Numbered from the whole stretch's first letter, positions 34,793 to 47,900 are shown. The stretch is DNA of 63,695 bases, filler included, from Choristocarpus tenellus KU-1152 (GCA_964200185.2; 13 parts of 13 records of this genome joined end to end with filler, not necessarily neighbours in it); one strand, 5' to 3'. Notes: generated by a model not told the origin, from the sequence alone. Numbers and translations: made by a program.

Positions 34793-36844
34793 CTCACAAA
34801 AATAAAAAAGCAATAGTTCCATTCCCCCCCCCCCCCCCCCCCCCCACAAAACAAAAAAAAAAAAAAAAAAAAAGGNNNNNNNNNNNNNNNNNNNNNNNNN
34901 NNNNNNNNNNNNNNNNNNNTTAATTAATTAANNNNNNNNNNNNNNNNNNNNNNNNNNNNNNNNNNNNNNNNNNNNCACACCACTCCAAACGCACCTGCAA
35001 CATGTGGTGGGGTGGGGGTGGGGGGGGGGGTGGGGGGGGATTAGGGGGTGGCAGGCAGGGGATACAGCGAGGTGGGGCATCGTCAAGGGAGGAGGAAGGG
35101 GGAGGCACAATCAAATAAATACTTCCTTGCAGTTCTTTGTACAGTGGGTGGGAGGGGTATGTACTACAGCGACTTGAGTTTGAATGGAGTGAGTCGAAGG
35201 CTCTACATTGAATCACAGTAAGAAAAATAAGTGAAAATTGTATGATCACTATGACAGACAATCAACCACAACGAGAGGAGTAGTCGCCGTTCATGTAATC
35301 TAAAAACGGCAGGAACACTGCCATTTGAACCACTTCACTTCACTGATTATTGTGCCCACAGCATTATCAGAGCCGGGCGATAGAAACAAGGGGCTTGAGT
35401 TTGGAGCAAATGGCTATGTTACAAAACCATTTTGAACCACGCCAACCTCTTCTTGTTACTAATAATCTGACTAATTCTCACTCTCGTTACCAACAGGAAC
35501 AAAACATAGGAAGATTTGAAAAAATAACAAATGTGATTTGATTTAAAAAAATTTAATAATCAAAAATAATTTGAGCATCTGACTTAGTTCAGCGAAAGGA
35601 ACATTACTACACATAACGTAGGGGCGAAAGGGCTAAGGTTGTCTCGTCATATCGCTGATTGAAACTGGTAAAAACGACTTCCCCTCGAAAGAGATAACCC
35701 AACTACAAACCGACCACAACATAAGAGAGGGTTTGGCATTGAATATTTCCACAGCGAGGACCTTATTGTTCAAAATGAATAAATGATTCAAGAGAAGAGT
35801 GTGGTCTTGTGGTGTATGGATAATTCTTGACTAAGGACGTGGTATCATAGTAACGAAAAAACAACTCATAGTATGTTCCTATTTCCCATCCACACAACCT
35901 GTTAAAACACTAAAAAATAAAACCAAGCACAGATATATATATATATATTACTCTTGTCTTACACAAACCTCTACAGATCTCAAAGGACTTCTCATATGAG
36001 TGCTTCAGATCACATCCAGACGATTCAAAAAGAGCTCATGCATATTCTTCTTCCTGTAACATACACTTAAACCTGATCAAGTTTGCGGTGCATTCTGGAT
36101 AGGAATGCAATTCGAATCTAGACCTGAAGTTCAGTAGCTCAACATTCCCCAGAACTTTACATTTTATCATTCGCATCTCAACCCTAATGAACACACGTTA
36201 CTTCCACCATAGCATTGCCACCAAATTTTAATATCTCAACATGCGATCCGTTGTGCCATCAAACCTGAGAACCCCATGGCATGGCAAACCAACCTTATCG
36301 AAGGTGGCAACCAATCCGTGCAAAGAGCAAATACACAAGGTTTCAAGGTGCAATCAATACTTGACCGGGCCAAAGGACGATGTCCGACATGACCAGTATA
36401 GCCTGGGCATTCTTGATTTAAATTCTGCGCACCTGGTGCCATCACACTAGTGAGTCCCGCTTCAAATCACATGCGATGAACACACTATATTGTAACACAA
36501 CAAGCCCCCAAACTTATCGTGGCTTGAGTCAATGAACGTATTTACTGCACATAGAAAAAAAGAGCAATGCTCTTAGAATTACAACTCGTAATCTCTCCAA
36601 GGCAGGCTCCCATATGGAGCAGTTTACCATGTGCAAGGATCACTCCTGTTCACTTCAATCGATTTTTTCAGTAAATGCACATAACATCAAATCAACGTAA
36701 AATCCACTCCATGAGACTATTGTCATCGCCGTCAAAGAGCCATAGAACCCAGCAAGCGTGAGCTCCCGCGACGTATTAACACAGAAGGAACGACATCTCC
36801 TGAGTGAAACGGCAAGGAACACAAGCATTATAGGATCCACTCAC

Positions 36845-37181
36845 CCTGCCCAATAGGATTATCCACCAGTCTGTACATGTCTTGGATTCTCCTCTGATAA
36901 GCACATTCAGCTAACTGGGGTGATTGCTTCTCCCTTCCTTCTTCCTCCCAAACTGCGAAGCCCGACGCAGCCAGCGCAACAACAGCAACAACAGCTGGAG
37001 CTCGGAAAGAGCTTCCCCAGACATAGAATGTTCCAGGTCCAGGCGAACCCGATATCCCCCTCGCCGAAGAACGTACCTTAATCGCATGGCGTCTTTGCAT
37101 ATGCCTCCAGCATACGTTACTCCTTCTAGGGATCAGGCGCTGCCGGGCCGCTTCTGGGCATAACTTGGCTATTCTCAGCAT
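36845..37181 (-). CDS. First exon of a probable protein kinase with an Arg-rich presequence and hydrophobic segment
   Basis: MLRIAKLC...VVAVVALAASGFAVW...RIQDMYRLVDNPIGQG|GTGAGT. It ends at what looks like the start of the kinase Gly-rich loop. No further exon was found in the contig. Confidence 0.6.
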
Positions 37182-37789
37182 GACTGGTACACCACCCACC
37201 TCGCAAGCGTAACGGTGAGGTAATCTTCACACTCAAGTCACAAGGAATAAAGACATCCCAAACTTCTAAGGTGTTATGTTGGCACTACCGACCTCAGCAA
37301 GATCTGTTGGAGTACGTACACACATAGGTGATGGACGGGTTAAGGATGGAAAGTCGTGGGATCTTCTTGTCCATAGTCCAAACCACTCAATATATATATT
37401 AATTTTCTAAAATACTTATCTTATGTATGGAGAGGAACATCAATCCAAAAATATCCATAGATATTCATAGTGAGAATATTTCGATTTTGTGTTATCAGAT
37501 CTGTGAAGTGTCATTTATCCCAGATGACAATATCGTGGTCATTACATTCTTTCTACTTCTTAATACACTTATTGTTGTAAATGTGAAAGATATCTAAAAT
37601 CTATTTGCTGTTTGACCACCAGCTATACTACATCTCCATTGCTATGCCTCCTAGCTTAGCCCAATACCACAGGGCAAAGACCAAGGGAAGCATCCCAAGA
37701 ATCTGACAGGTTCCTCCTTGCCCATCTATCTACCTGGTGGTGTCTCCAGCTTGAAACACTTGAGATAGTCACTTGTTGTGTAGTGACAG

Positions 37790-37978
37790 ACACTATCTGT
37801 CATAAGCGGAATTTGACGGCCCATTTCATGCTGTAACCTCCCACCCTTTCCCCCCCTACTGCGTGGGTAGCCAACTCATCCAGAAAACTTTCTGCTTGCT
37901 TACCGAGGCGCCCAAAACTTTCCCCCAGGAAGGTGTAGAGGTTAAAACTACGAGGGTCTAAGGAATTCTCGTACTTTC
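37790..37978 (-). mobile_element. CRE-like non-LTR 3' fragment (RLE)
   Basis: 'KYENSLDPRSFNLYTFLGESFGRLGKQAESFLDELATHAVGG'; homologous to 181-290 and 2790-2876. Confidence 0.75.
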
Positions 37979-38141
37979 TACATCCTACGAAATAACAGAA
38001 CGTTCTCGGTAAATTCGTTAAAAGAGTAATTTTGGAGGATCGATCATTCAACAAACAACAATAGTACAATGACAGTAGTAGTAGTAGTGGTGGTGGTGGT
38101 GGTAGTAGTAGTATAGTGTTGAAAGTCGCCTCTAGGATCAG

Positions 38142-38527
38142 ACCGATCCGCCCACGTACCGTTTTGGCGGTTACCAATCTTGATTGTTTTGAAAAGGTTG
38201 CCCAACGAATTAATCCACGATCGGCATATCGAATGAAAGTTCTTGATCTAAGCTATCGATTTACGCAAAGAAATTTGTTCAGAAAATTATTTTGGTAAGG
38301 TTAAATTTTAACCGAATGTTTTCGGCACAACCTTGAAAATGTTTCGGAATGAATTATCACGACCAAAATATTATTATATTATTTCGGAAGAATGCCTTTG
38401 CGTAAAATCGATAGCTTAGATCAAGAACTTTCATTTGATATGCTGATCGTTGATTAATTCGTTGGGCAACCTTTTCAAAACAATCAAGATTGGTAACCGC
38501 CAAAACGGTACATGGGCGGACCTCGGC
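38142..38527. mobile_element. Foldback/MITE-like element with about 125-bp near-perfect inverted arms
   Basis: TCCGCCCACGTACCGTTTTGGCGGTTACCAATCTTG...TTTACGCAAAG (38147-38270) is the reverse complement of about 38396-38520; AT-rich spacer. Confidence 0.85.
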
Positions 38528-38767
38528 TTAATACTGTTTAAGCCACTCACAGGATATTTTGACGCACATCGAGCTCTGAGTTGTCACCTTACGGCGTTGA
38601 CGTTGTGGTGTGGTCACTCCCTGATGGATTTGAATTTGTCTGGTGCCCCCGGGACGCCAGGGGCAACNNNNNNNNNNNNNNNNNNNNNNNNNNNNNNNNN
38701 NNNNNNNNNNNTTAATTAATTAANNNNNNNNNNNNNNNNNNNNNNNNNNNNNNNNNNNNNNNNNNNN

Positions 38768-38915
38768 CCGTTTTTCACCCTTTTTTCGATTTTCACTTTT
38801 TTGGTGTGATTTGATCGCACGTGTCGGATTTGAAATGTCAGCAAAAAAAAATAGTTCTTTGACCGAATCGGACGCCCCTCACAAACCACCCACCCTCCCC
38901 CAGATATTTTGACCC
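38768..38915. mobile_element. Short TIR element, family C (contig edge)
   Basis: Homologous to 1535-1709; ends CCCCCAGATATTTTGACCC. Confidence 0.75.
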
Positions 38916-39329
38916 AGACTTCACCACTACAATTGCACACTGAGTCAAAGTAAACGATAGGTACCCAGTGTTGCATTTGAAGGATGTCAGCAAGTGTGTG
39001 TTAAATTTGGCTTATTTTCAATTGTATGTAGGATATTTTGCGATTTGTGCCGAAAATGTTCAAACAATAGAAAAACAACCCTCTAACGTCAAATTTATGT
39101 AGAATAAATCTAGACCGTAAGAACAGCACATAGCTCTCCTGAAAGTGATTTATAGGATCGAACTAGAGCAGAAGAGATGTCTGGTTTGTTGTTTGAATGA
39201 CAGTTGGGTGGAGGCCGTGTTACCCCCTGGATGCAGGGAAGTTTACACCAAATAGATCCACAAGCACAAGTTCAATAAATTTGGTAAGGTAGTATGGTCC
39301 AAGGCATATCTATTAGCAACAGGATTTTC

Positions 39330-40099
39330 ATGAGACTAAGGATTTTGATTTACTGTTATACCTTTGCCCTGATGACATGGTCTATCTGTTTAAGGATGAT
39401 TATTGGAACTAGCTGCAGACAAGGATTCATGCATTAGGATGTGAAGCAGGTTTTTAGAAGAGCAGAAACCAGAAAGGAAATATTTGTTCGTTTTTGTGGA
39501 TGTTGTTCATGACCAAGAAAGATTTGTGTTTAGTTTAAGCCTGTTATGGTGCACGCAAACTAGTACGAAATGCCACAAGCTCTACTGGAACAAAGCACAT
39601 TGATGTTTGATACCCTTTTCTAAGGGACTTAGTCAGAAAAGAGGAGAGATTCGTGTTGATTTTGTTGGTGCTGCAAATCAGAGGGCAGATGTGTTGACCA
39701 AGAGTTTGCCAGTACAAGTTTTTAGACAGCATGTGAAGTTTTTAATTAACATGTAAGGTAACATATTTGTTACATATTTTTTGGTATTGATTGATTGATT
39801 GAGGGTTAAAACTTGTTTTCAGCAAGGGGAGAATGTCGAATAACCTAATGTTATCCTTACGTTGTCTGTGCTGATAAAGTATATAACATAGGTTTCATGC
39901 ACGTTTATCTTTAGTTCGGTACAACACAAAGTATTAACGTGCATAGTGGTATGGTGGGTCAGTCTTTGGTCATACGTCAGAGATAATTGATGGCTAAGAC
40001 AAAGGCCCAGTGGATAATTAATATTCAGTGTATGTTTTACCATGTAACTCAACTACTAGGTTTTGGTGACGAGCCTTACATGCGCCAAGCTCTTCAACA
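39330..40099 (+). mobile_element. Ty1/Copia 3' remnant: RNase H, polypurine tract and 3' LTR (39834-40099)
   Basis: 'TKHIDV*YPFLRDLV...NQRADVLTKSL' (Copia RNase H signature), then AAGGGGAGAA, then TGTCGAA...TTCAACA. Confidence 0.85.
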
Positions 40100-40319
40100 A
40101 TTTTAACGCTTCATAAACAGAATATGGGCGAATGGCAAAAGATTGAAAAACTGTCTCATAATGCAAAACGGGCGAAAACTGGGTACCTCTCTTTTACTTT
40201 AGCTCACCATGAGAACATACTCTCTCATACCCTTCCTACCTCCCTCGCTCTCTCTCTCTCTAAGTGTGTATGTGCACCATACACTTCATACTCAGTATAA
40301 CAAACTCATAGGCCAAACC

Positions 40320-40700
40320 AATCGAGAGGTAGGCAGGATTGCATTTTAAGGACCCCGAGAAAAGGGCAAGAAGAAATCATTTTGTACCGTTGCATAAAGA
40401 GCTTTTACCAAATTGTGGTCTCCCTTTGTTTGTCGATGGCGGAAACATCAATTTGACGTACACTATTGTGCACATGCAGCAAAGAAGTACAGTGTACTGC
40501 ACAGGGTGAGCATGGTGGCTTGGAATGCAAAGGGTCCAAGCCGGTCTACTTTTAAATTGGTCTGGATCCCATCCCCTTAACAAAATGCTCCTCGATCTGA
40601 TCCCCCATTTACTGCACTTCTTCTGTGACGATTTAGGGCAGCCCAAGTCGTTAATGTGGAGGTCTGGTGATTGTGTAATGGGTTGTGTCAATAGTTGCAT
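40320..40700 (-). mobile_element. Degenerate Ty3/Gypsy-like pol 3' remnant
   Basis: Homologous to 47620-47900, which reads 'GRFGPFCILSHLPHPVHY' (GPF-like integrase C-terminal motif). The remnant probably extends towards 42400. Confidence 0.5.
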
Positions 40701-42531
40701 GTCAATCCATCCCTCCTCTATCGATTGTCATTGAGAGAAACTCTGAGTTCTCCTTCCCTATTTGATGCCATGTGAGCCACATTCAAGATGTGTTGTCAAA
40801 TGTCTCTCGACTGTTGGCTCGTCTGACCACAATATCAGCTTTGTGCATCACCTCATGATTCTGACCGACGATAGGGGGCCGCCTGCAACGCGCACGATAG
40901 TCTCCGTGTCCCATGCCCGTTGTACAATGGTTCTTGTAGGGCACCTTCCACTTCAGTGCATATCTGGCGTTTCATAATGGTATGTGGATCTGCATGGATT
41001 GACTTGATGATCATGATGACCTCCATAATTACTAGCTACATCCACATATCAGATGATCTCCCAAACCTAGAAACGTTGCCAACATACATATTGTGATCCT
41101 CTCTTCCAGAAGATGGTCCAGCTGCCTTACTACATCTCTAATGAAACAAAAATTCCTCGGGTCTATTTCAAACCTGTGGATGATAGAAGGGTTAATCAGG
41201 TAGGTGATCTGATGCTGCTGTGATACATGATGGGGTTTACTAGAAGATATGGGAAAGACTCAGCGATATCTGGTGTAGTGATAGGAAGAGAGGATAAATG
41301 AAACGTTGTCATACTCTTGTGTTCATCAGTCAATCTATTTTGCTAATTGTGGACTGGCCTCACACAATTGGTCCCCCTTAACAAACACTAACAATTGGTT
41401 GTGGAACGAAAGAGAGATCCTCATGGGTATACCCTCGCTCATCATGAGTCTCATGATTGTTTATATACTAAATCGTTCCTTTATCACATGTGTTAACTGT
41501 CTCTCTCAACGACCATGTCCATATAATAGTGACGATGTTTCAACTGCATCCCCAATAATATATTGGCTACACAGAAATCCTACCACCACGATATTCAAAG
41601 CAGTAGTCTAACAGCAATATCAATCGTTAGCAATTAGCCCGAATGTACTATTAATATAAAGAAGTATCTCATTAGTGAAGTCTCATGAACTAAATCTAAA
41701 CATAGAATAACACACAAAGGAAGAACGTCCGCTCTGCATACTCCTTTGCCACACTCTCCCATGGGAGGACAATGATTGCGCATGGAATTTCCCTCCAAAA
41801 TATTGGTGCGGCATATCGCCTGACTTGAAGGTCATGTCAGCGAGGGCAAAGAGTCCTTATTTGTCACCCAGGCCAGGTTTCACCAGGTCGCTCCTCTCAG
41901 GTTCCATGAGCTCTCTGATGGACCGTTCTGCGATCCCATTGTCTTGAGGTCTTGTTCGAGGTGACTTCATCTGATTCCATTGTTGGCTAGCATTCATTCA
42001 AACATTACTGACTTCGTAAGTTCCTTTGTGTCATCCCAACTGGTCACTTCACTATTATGTCTTCCCGAGCCAGTCAATGTCAGCAGCTGTTGCCCCATGC
42101 TGTGTCCCACGTTTCCAGGCCATAAACTTGTTTGTCTCTTTTGCTATCGTTGACGAACGCCTGCGAGTTCTTCATCTCCTTGATGTCGTCGTGGAAAGGG
42201 TCAGTCAGGTCCGTGTATATAATTCACGCCCTCCTTTGGGTTCTGCTCCCCCCATTGGAAGATGAGAGTGTCTGACTTGTATTCCTTGCAGGTCTTCCAC
42301 CAGAAATCAGCAACCACATTTGTGTGAGTAATATATCTAAGAGAATGCTCCATGGCTGATCGGTTTATGTATCTGAGGACGTCATACCAATCTTGTCATG
42401 TCAGTTGCTATTGTTTGTTGGTGTACGTTGCGCTGGCCCTAGTATCCGAATAATTATTCTGAGTCTTGGTTATTGTTCCATGGAAGTTTCAGAACTCTTC
42501 GACCTAATACTATCTCGGTAGATTTCCTTGA

Positions 42532-42600
42532 GGCTCAAAGTATCTGGGAGGGGGTGGCGGCTGTCCATTTGGGGTCAATTTTTGTATGTCGCGATTTTTG
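42532..42600 (-). mobile_element. MITE family A (partial); other partial ends at 42701-42723, 45457-45525, 48919-48939
   Basis: GGCTCAAAGTATCTGGGAGGGGGTGGCGGCTGTCCATTTGGGG running into a gap. Confidence 0.85.
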
Positions 42601-42723
42601 NNNNNNNNNNNNNNNNNNNNNNNNNNNNNNNNNNNNNNNNNNNNTTAATTAATTAANNNNNNNNNNNNNNNNNNNNNNNNNNNNNNNNNNNNNNNNNNNN
42701 CCCCCTCTCAGATACTTTGAGCC

Positions 42724-44280
42724 TGGAATTAAGTCTATGCACAGGTTCTTCACTGGTCGGCTCACCACCGGAGACTCCCGTACATTGATATACACCAAAC
42801 TGTCGTACTACTGCACGAACTGTTCCATCGGCCACCTGGCCCAATGCAGGTGGCAACTAACCCACATACCCCCGCTTAAGGAGATAGACCTCGCATTTTC
42901 CACGGAAGCAGGAACGGGTGATATGTATATGAGAAGTCAGCTGTTGAGGAAGAAGAGACAGCTCGCTGAGGGGAACATATGCATTGTGCGGACGCACCCA
43001 TCGGAGTACAGTGGTATAGAGTTCTTGCCGTTCACTGTCCATCGCAAGGACACGATTCAATGGAATGCCAGGCACCACTCCAGCTACGGAGGGATGTTCA
43101 GTGCTGGAGATGAGGTCGTCTTTGGACCCAAAGTATCTGGGAGGGGGGGGGGTCTACACCAGGGTGTCCATTTGGGCCAAAATCAGGAAAAAAGTATTTT
43201 TATTATCCATCGGATGTATGCAACCAAATCACCCAAAAATAGCGACATGAACAAATTGACCCCAAATGGACAGCCGCTAACCCCCCTCGGATACTTTGAG
43301 CCTTTGTCACTGAAGATTTCGAGGTGCTGAGTGCTAGCTTTGTTGATGGAGTGCCAACTATTCACATGTCACCGACGGACAAGGTGAGAAACGCTTCTTA
43401 TTGCTTCTAAGAGAACAATGCCCCATACGAATTAATCCATCTGCCCATGTACAATGTCACACATCCTCTGATACCCCCTCTAATCCAACTAAATTCCTCC
43501 CATAACGCCCAACCCTGACATCCAAACCAGTGTCATTTTCTTCTCCTAATCTGCAACCGCCACTGACACCTTTCACATGATATATTACCAATTACGGAGG
43601 GCAAATAAGCGTATCCCATTCATTCATTTCGCTAAGTGTATCCTCTATCATACATAAAACTATCCGTTTCTCAAAAAGATCAACAAACACAACCCTATAC
43701 AAGCAAACAAGGCCATCATGCGCAAACACATGCCAATAGTCGTACACACCAATACAGTCCCTGCAACAAATATGTTTGTGGTGATGCAGGACGCACAACC
43801 GGGTCCTCGCGTCATGTCTCTTCAGGCTATGTGTCCTCATACGCATGTTTTTATTGGCGCGGTGGCAACCTAGATTTCATCTCGATTAGTGCTTTCTGCC
43901 ACTATCCTCTAATACTTTTACTGCCATACCCCAATCCTTTTCCCTCCCCTCTTTGCATTGATCGAACCACAGAGCAATTGACAGAAAACCTTACTAAAAC
44001 TACGTTGACGCACAAGCATCTTGTACTCCATGCCACACCATCTTCAGCACAAGTCGAGATTTCCACAACAGATTAACCTCTCTTCCACACACCCAAACCA
44101 AGCGGCGGCAACCACGCCGGCTCCAAAATTTGAACCCAACGGCAAGTTCCCTGAGCCATAATAACATAGTCTATACCCACTCAAGCACCAAGTGTGGGTC
44201 CTAAAGCCATTTTATCCCGAACTACATCAAAAAATGACTCCCCCTCACACAGTCACCCCCACCCCCAGATACTTTCACCC
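42724..44280 (+). mobile_element. 3' half of a probable autonomous DNA transposon: C-terminal coding exon (to 43383) plus right TIR
   Basis: ORF 'GIKSMHRFF...TKLSYYCTNCSIGHLAQC...DEVVF[MITE]VTEDFEVLSASFVDGVPTIHMSPTDK|GTGAG'. The segment ends in CCCCCAGATACTTTCACCC, the MITE-type TIR, and abuts a truncated LTR. Confidence 0.6.
43125..43302 (+). mobile_element. MITE family A, complete (178 bp), inserted in coding sequence
   Basis: TTTG duplicated (43121-43124, 43303-43306); removing the MITE and one copy restores the reading frame. Confidence 0.92.
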
Positions 44281-44604
44281 AACTCCGATTTGCAAAAAGT
44301 TGCAGAGTAAGATCTGCAGCTTGGGAATATATGCAACGGTTTGCAGATGTGATTTAACGCCTGTAAACTAAAAATGAGAATAAACGGCGAATGTTGCAAA
44401 CAGTGACCCCATGGCTTACTTTCTAATGTGACTACTGATTCAGAAAGTATACCTTATCCGCTGACCTGACATTCATTATCCTAGTTGGACCTTTTGACTG
44501 TCGGAGTATCCTGGGAGTTTTGTGCGAGCATCAGTGCCATGTATAGGCCTGTGGATCGGATCTATGCATCCCGTGGAGGTAAGCTTTTGGGGCGTCCTGT
44601 AACA
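44281..44604. mobile_element. Truncated LTR, same family as 951-1378
   Basis: Aligns with 1038-1378; ends CTGTAACA. Confidence 0.85.
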
Positions 44605-44669
44605 GTTGCTGACTTGCCAGAGGCCGTGGATTTTTCCAAAGATGTATCAGTGAATCACTGTACTTAGAG

Positions 44670-45030
44670 GCGCATCAAGAGATCCAGGCCAAATTGTTAA
44701 CCAGCGTAGGTGGCCTGGGTCTCTCGCCCATGATCCTCCGTCAGTATGCTGGTTTGTAGTAGGCTCATTGGCAGCCTCCCTCCCTTCCCTCCTTGCACCC
44801 CAACAAGGCGTCCCGGACAAGACAAGTATTGGTGCAATCTGCTCCAGTCCCACGATCTTGCCCCTCTCTGCTGGGGTTCCTGCAGATGACCCGGTTGCAA
44901 TTACTAGCCAAGAATGGGTAGACTGGGGGAACACCTCCCTCCCAGGGCGACGCCCTGCAGTTTGCATAAAACCAGCTGCACATGACGTAGGAGGGAGACC
45001 CTGATGAACCCAGCATGACGTTATTAGGTG
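44670..45030 (+). mobile_element. CRE-like non-LTR fragment (post-RT region)
   Basis: 'IQAKLLTSVGGLGL' (GGLG motif), decayed. Confidence 0.55.
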
Positions 45031-45033
45031 ATT

Positions 45034-45203
45034 GAGTCAAAGTATCTTCGAGGGTAGAGCCATATCCATTTTGGGACCAGAATCAAATGTTACGATTTTG
45101 ATATCATTTTGGCTATCGTGTTTGTTAGGAGAGTCAATTTCCTTGTTCCGGACACACCTTTTCGTAACATATATATTTACCTACTCCGAAACGTTTTGGA
45201 GGA
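45034..45203 (+). mobile_element. MITE family B, truncated
   Basis: GAGTCAAAGTATCTTCGAGGGTAGAGCC...; the second TIR is absent. Confidence 0.8.
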
Positions 45204-45625
45204 GGTGAGCCTCCACTCAAATCCTCAAACAAGCTAGAGAGATACCTCCCCCTGAAATTACCTTACCGTGAACCATTGTTTAGGAGTGGAGGAGGCACTC
45301 TGCAATGGCTGCACGGTGTAGGGATGTAGGAGGCAAGGTGGACACTGACCATGCTTGCATGTGTCATGAGCTTGTGGCCAAGTATGACAGCACCCACCCA
45401 TGGTCCGGCAACTGGGCAACATATATAGAAAATGTGTCCTCCGGACCTTTCTTGGAGGCTCAAAGTGTCTGGGAGGGGTGGCGGCTGTCCATTTGGGGCC
45501 ATTTTTTTCATGTCGCGATTTTTGGNNNNNNNNNNNNNNNNNNNNNNNNNNNNNNNNNNNNNNNNNNNNTTAATTAATTAANNNNNNNNNNNNNNNNNNN
45601 NNNNNNNNNNNNNNNNNNNNNNNNN

Positions 45626-46010
45626 CGAGCTTGAATTCCAGAGGGGGGATCTGGCATGCTGGTTCCAGAGGTTGAGTTGAGGCCCGGCCAAACTTATCTG
45701 AGGAGGGGTGGCGGCTGTCCATTTGTGGTCAATTTTTTCATGTCGCGATTTTTGGGTGGTTTGGGTTGCCTCTGTCCGATGGATAATGTAAGTGCACTTT
45801 TCCTGATTTTGGGCCAAATGGACACCCAAGTGCACACCCCCCTCCCCCCCGAGATACTTTTAGTCGCCCACGCGTTTGCTCCTTGTCCACACTGGCTCTG
45901 GTGGCGCGCTAGGGCCAATGAGGAGCCTTCCCTCCCTTGGTGTTCCTCATTTGGAAGGCCGGCCAGTTGTGTCCTGAAGGAGTCAAAACGGATCTTGTTG
46001 AGGAGGCATG
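45626..46010 (-). mobile_element. CRE-like fragment with an inserted MITE A (45686-45865)
   Basis: Homologous to 2204-2390, which shows the empty site GAGGCCCA; here GCCC is duplicated around the 180-bp insert. Confidence 0.85.
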
Positions 46011-47619
46011 TGATCTCGTGTTGAGCCCTCCTTGTGATCCTGGCGTCATGGGCAGCTAGAATATGTACCTCTGGGACAGGAGCAGGGGGTGTTGTTCCCC
46101 CCCAGGTTACTCAGTTTTGGTCAACATCATGGCGACATGTGTCATACATCAACACAAAATTTGTGTCAATAGTATAAAATTTTATGTTTTTCAGTCATAT
46201 GTAGATATGGAGTGTTCCAGCATAACCTAATCTTATAACAACATAACGTTTTGTCTTTAGATACCATGTAAAAATATTAATACAACGTGTACTAGGTTAA
46301 GGGGCAACATTATCTCATCCCCATTAACACTGGACAGAATGGGGTATGCCTGGAAATCAGGGATTGACATAATCGGGTATACCAGCACTAGGATCATATA
46401 ATAGGTATTCACGTTTTACTCAACCACTACATACCTACATAGGACCGTATGTATAAGTAAGGTACATAATGTATGTTTATGATACATGAACGCTACTATT
46501 ATAATACTATACTAATAATTGAAGGTAAAAAAAAAAAAAACTTTGGCTCACCCCCTGGCTTGTGCATACTTCTTTTTGTAATCCTGAAAAGTAGAGATAA
46601 CCTTGCTGCCACCAACTCTGTACAAAACCCTTTTCATCTTAGACGTACATAATGCGTACAACCGAGTAGTTCCTCCTATCCCTCCATCTGTTTGGTGTGT
46701 GTACACGTCAGTACTGGCTCTATACAGCTGTTTTTTCTCTTTCAGTGTTCGAAGTTTGAGTCCTATCATTAAAACATAGTTCGCGGGTAGGTCAGACTTC
46801 GACTTAGCATGTTGACTTGAACATAAGCTCCCCCTCGCGCAAAGTTGGAAGGAGTCGCGCCACCCCCCCCTCATCTCCTCTCATGTCTGATGCGCAACCC
46901 CTGACGGTTCCAGCCCCTCCCAGAAGAACCTACTTACGGAGAATTAATGTTTTTTGGGTCCGAAAACGGCGGAATGTTGGGGAGTGATGGTAGTGTTGAG
47001 TATTTCGTTTCCGAGGTGTGGAAATTGAGATGTTTATATAATGCGTAACTAAATGTGCAATTTTAGACACAGTCAACGGCTTTGTATCATTTAGAAATTA
47101 TGTATCTAAACGCGTCCCTAGCTCCAATTGTTGCTGCTCGAGCCATCTATTGGTGGTATGCTACGTAGATTTGAGTTGTGAAACAGACATAAAAGGGTTG
47201 CCGATCTTTCCAACGATTTGTAACACTGTCTTGGTTTGCCGAACAGCAAATAAATATATGTATATGCGCTGGAGTTGAAAAAAATGCCAAGTCACGTACT
47301 GGTATCTTCTGTCAATGGGACAAGAAGTCAAACAGAGAAAAAACGGTTACCTTTAGATCTTCCCGACCATTTGCACTATCGCCATATGCCTAACTGCGAA
47401 TATTGCAACTCAAGACACTTATTGGTACTGTCTCAAATGAACAACAGGTGAAATGGACAGAAAAACATCATATTTAAATTCTTCCTTTGGCCTTACAACT
47501 GCCCCTGTGTGCCTAGTTGCTGAATTTGTCCCTTCAGTCGCATGTTGCTTGTGTATCTCCCGCAGAATCGAGTTGTAAAATAATGGACAGAAGAGGGTTT
47601 TAGGTCCTTCTGATCATGA

Positions 47620-47900
47620 GTCAAACCAATTCAGGGGTAGCAATGTTGCATTTTAAGGATCCCAAGGAAGAGCAAAAAGACGTAATTTTGTACAATTACA
47701 CAAATGATCATTCCACAATTGTGGTGTCACTTTGTGCGGAAAAGGGGAACATCATTTTTTCGTACACTACTCTGCAAATAAAGCAAATGAAATAGAGTAA
47801 TGCACCGGGTGAGGAAGATGGCTTAGAATGCAAAAGGGTCCAAACCTGCCTACCTCCCAATTGGTTTGGCTCTGTATTGTAACTTCTAGTGTGTGCTTAA
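47620..47900 (-). mobile_element. Degenerate Ty3/Gypsy-like integrase C-terminal remnant
   Basis: 'WEVGRFGPFCILSHLPHPVHYSISFA'; paralogous to 40320-40700. Confidence 0.5.

Noticed and set aside
34169-35261. Poly-Pro/Gly/Lys ORFs in the track (also near 1513 and 30662)
   Set aside because: Translations of G/C/A homopolymer runs and low-quality sequence, mostly near contig edges. Most other short ORFs in the track are likewise chance frames in introns or MITEs.
42532-42723. A single MITE spanning the gap
   Set aside because: The flanks do not duplicate (TGA/TGG) and the host sequences differ; treated as two separate copies.
46550-46940. Possible 5' exons of a minus-strand gene
   Set aside because: Only about 30 nt of candidate coding sequence; product unidentifiable.
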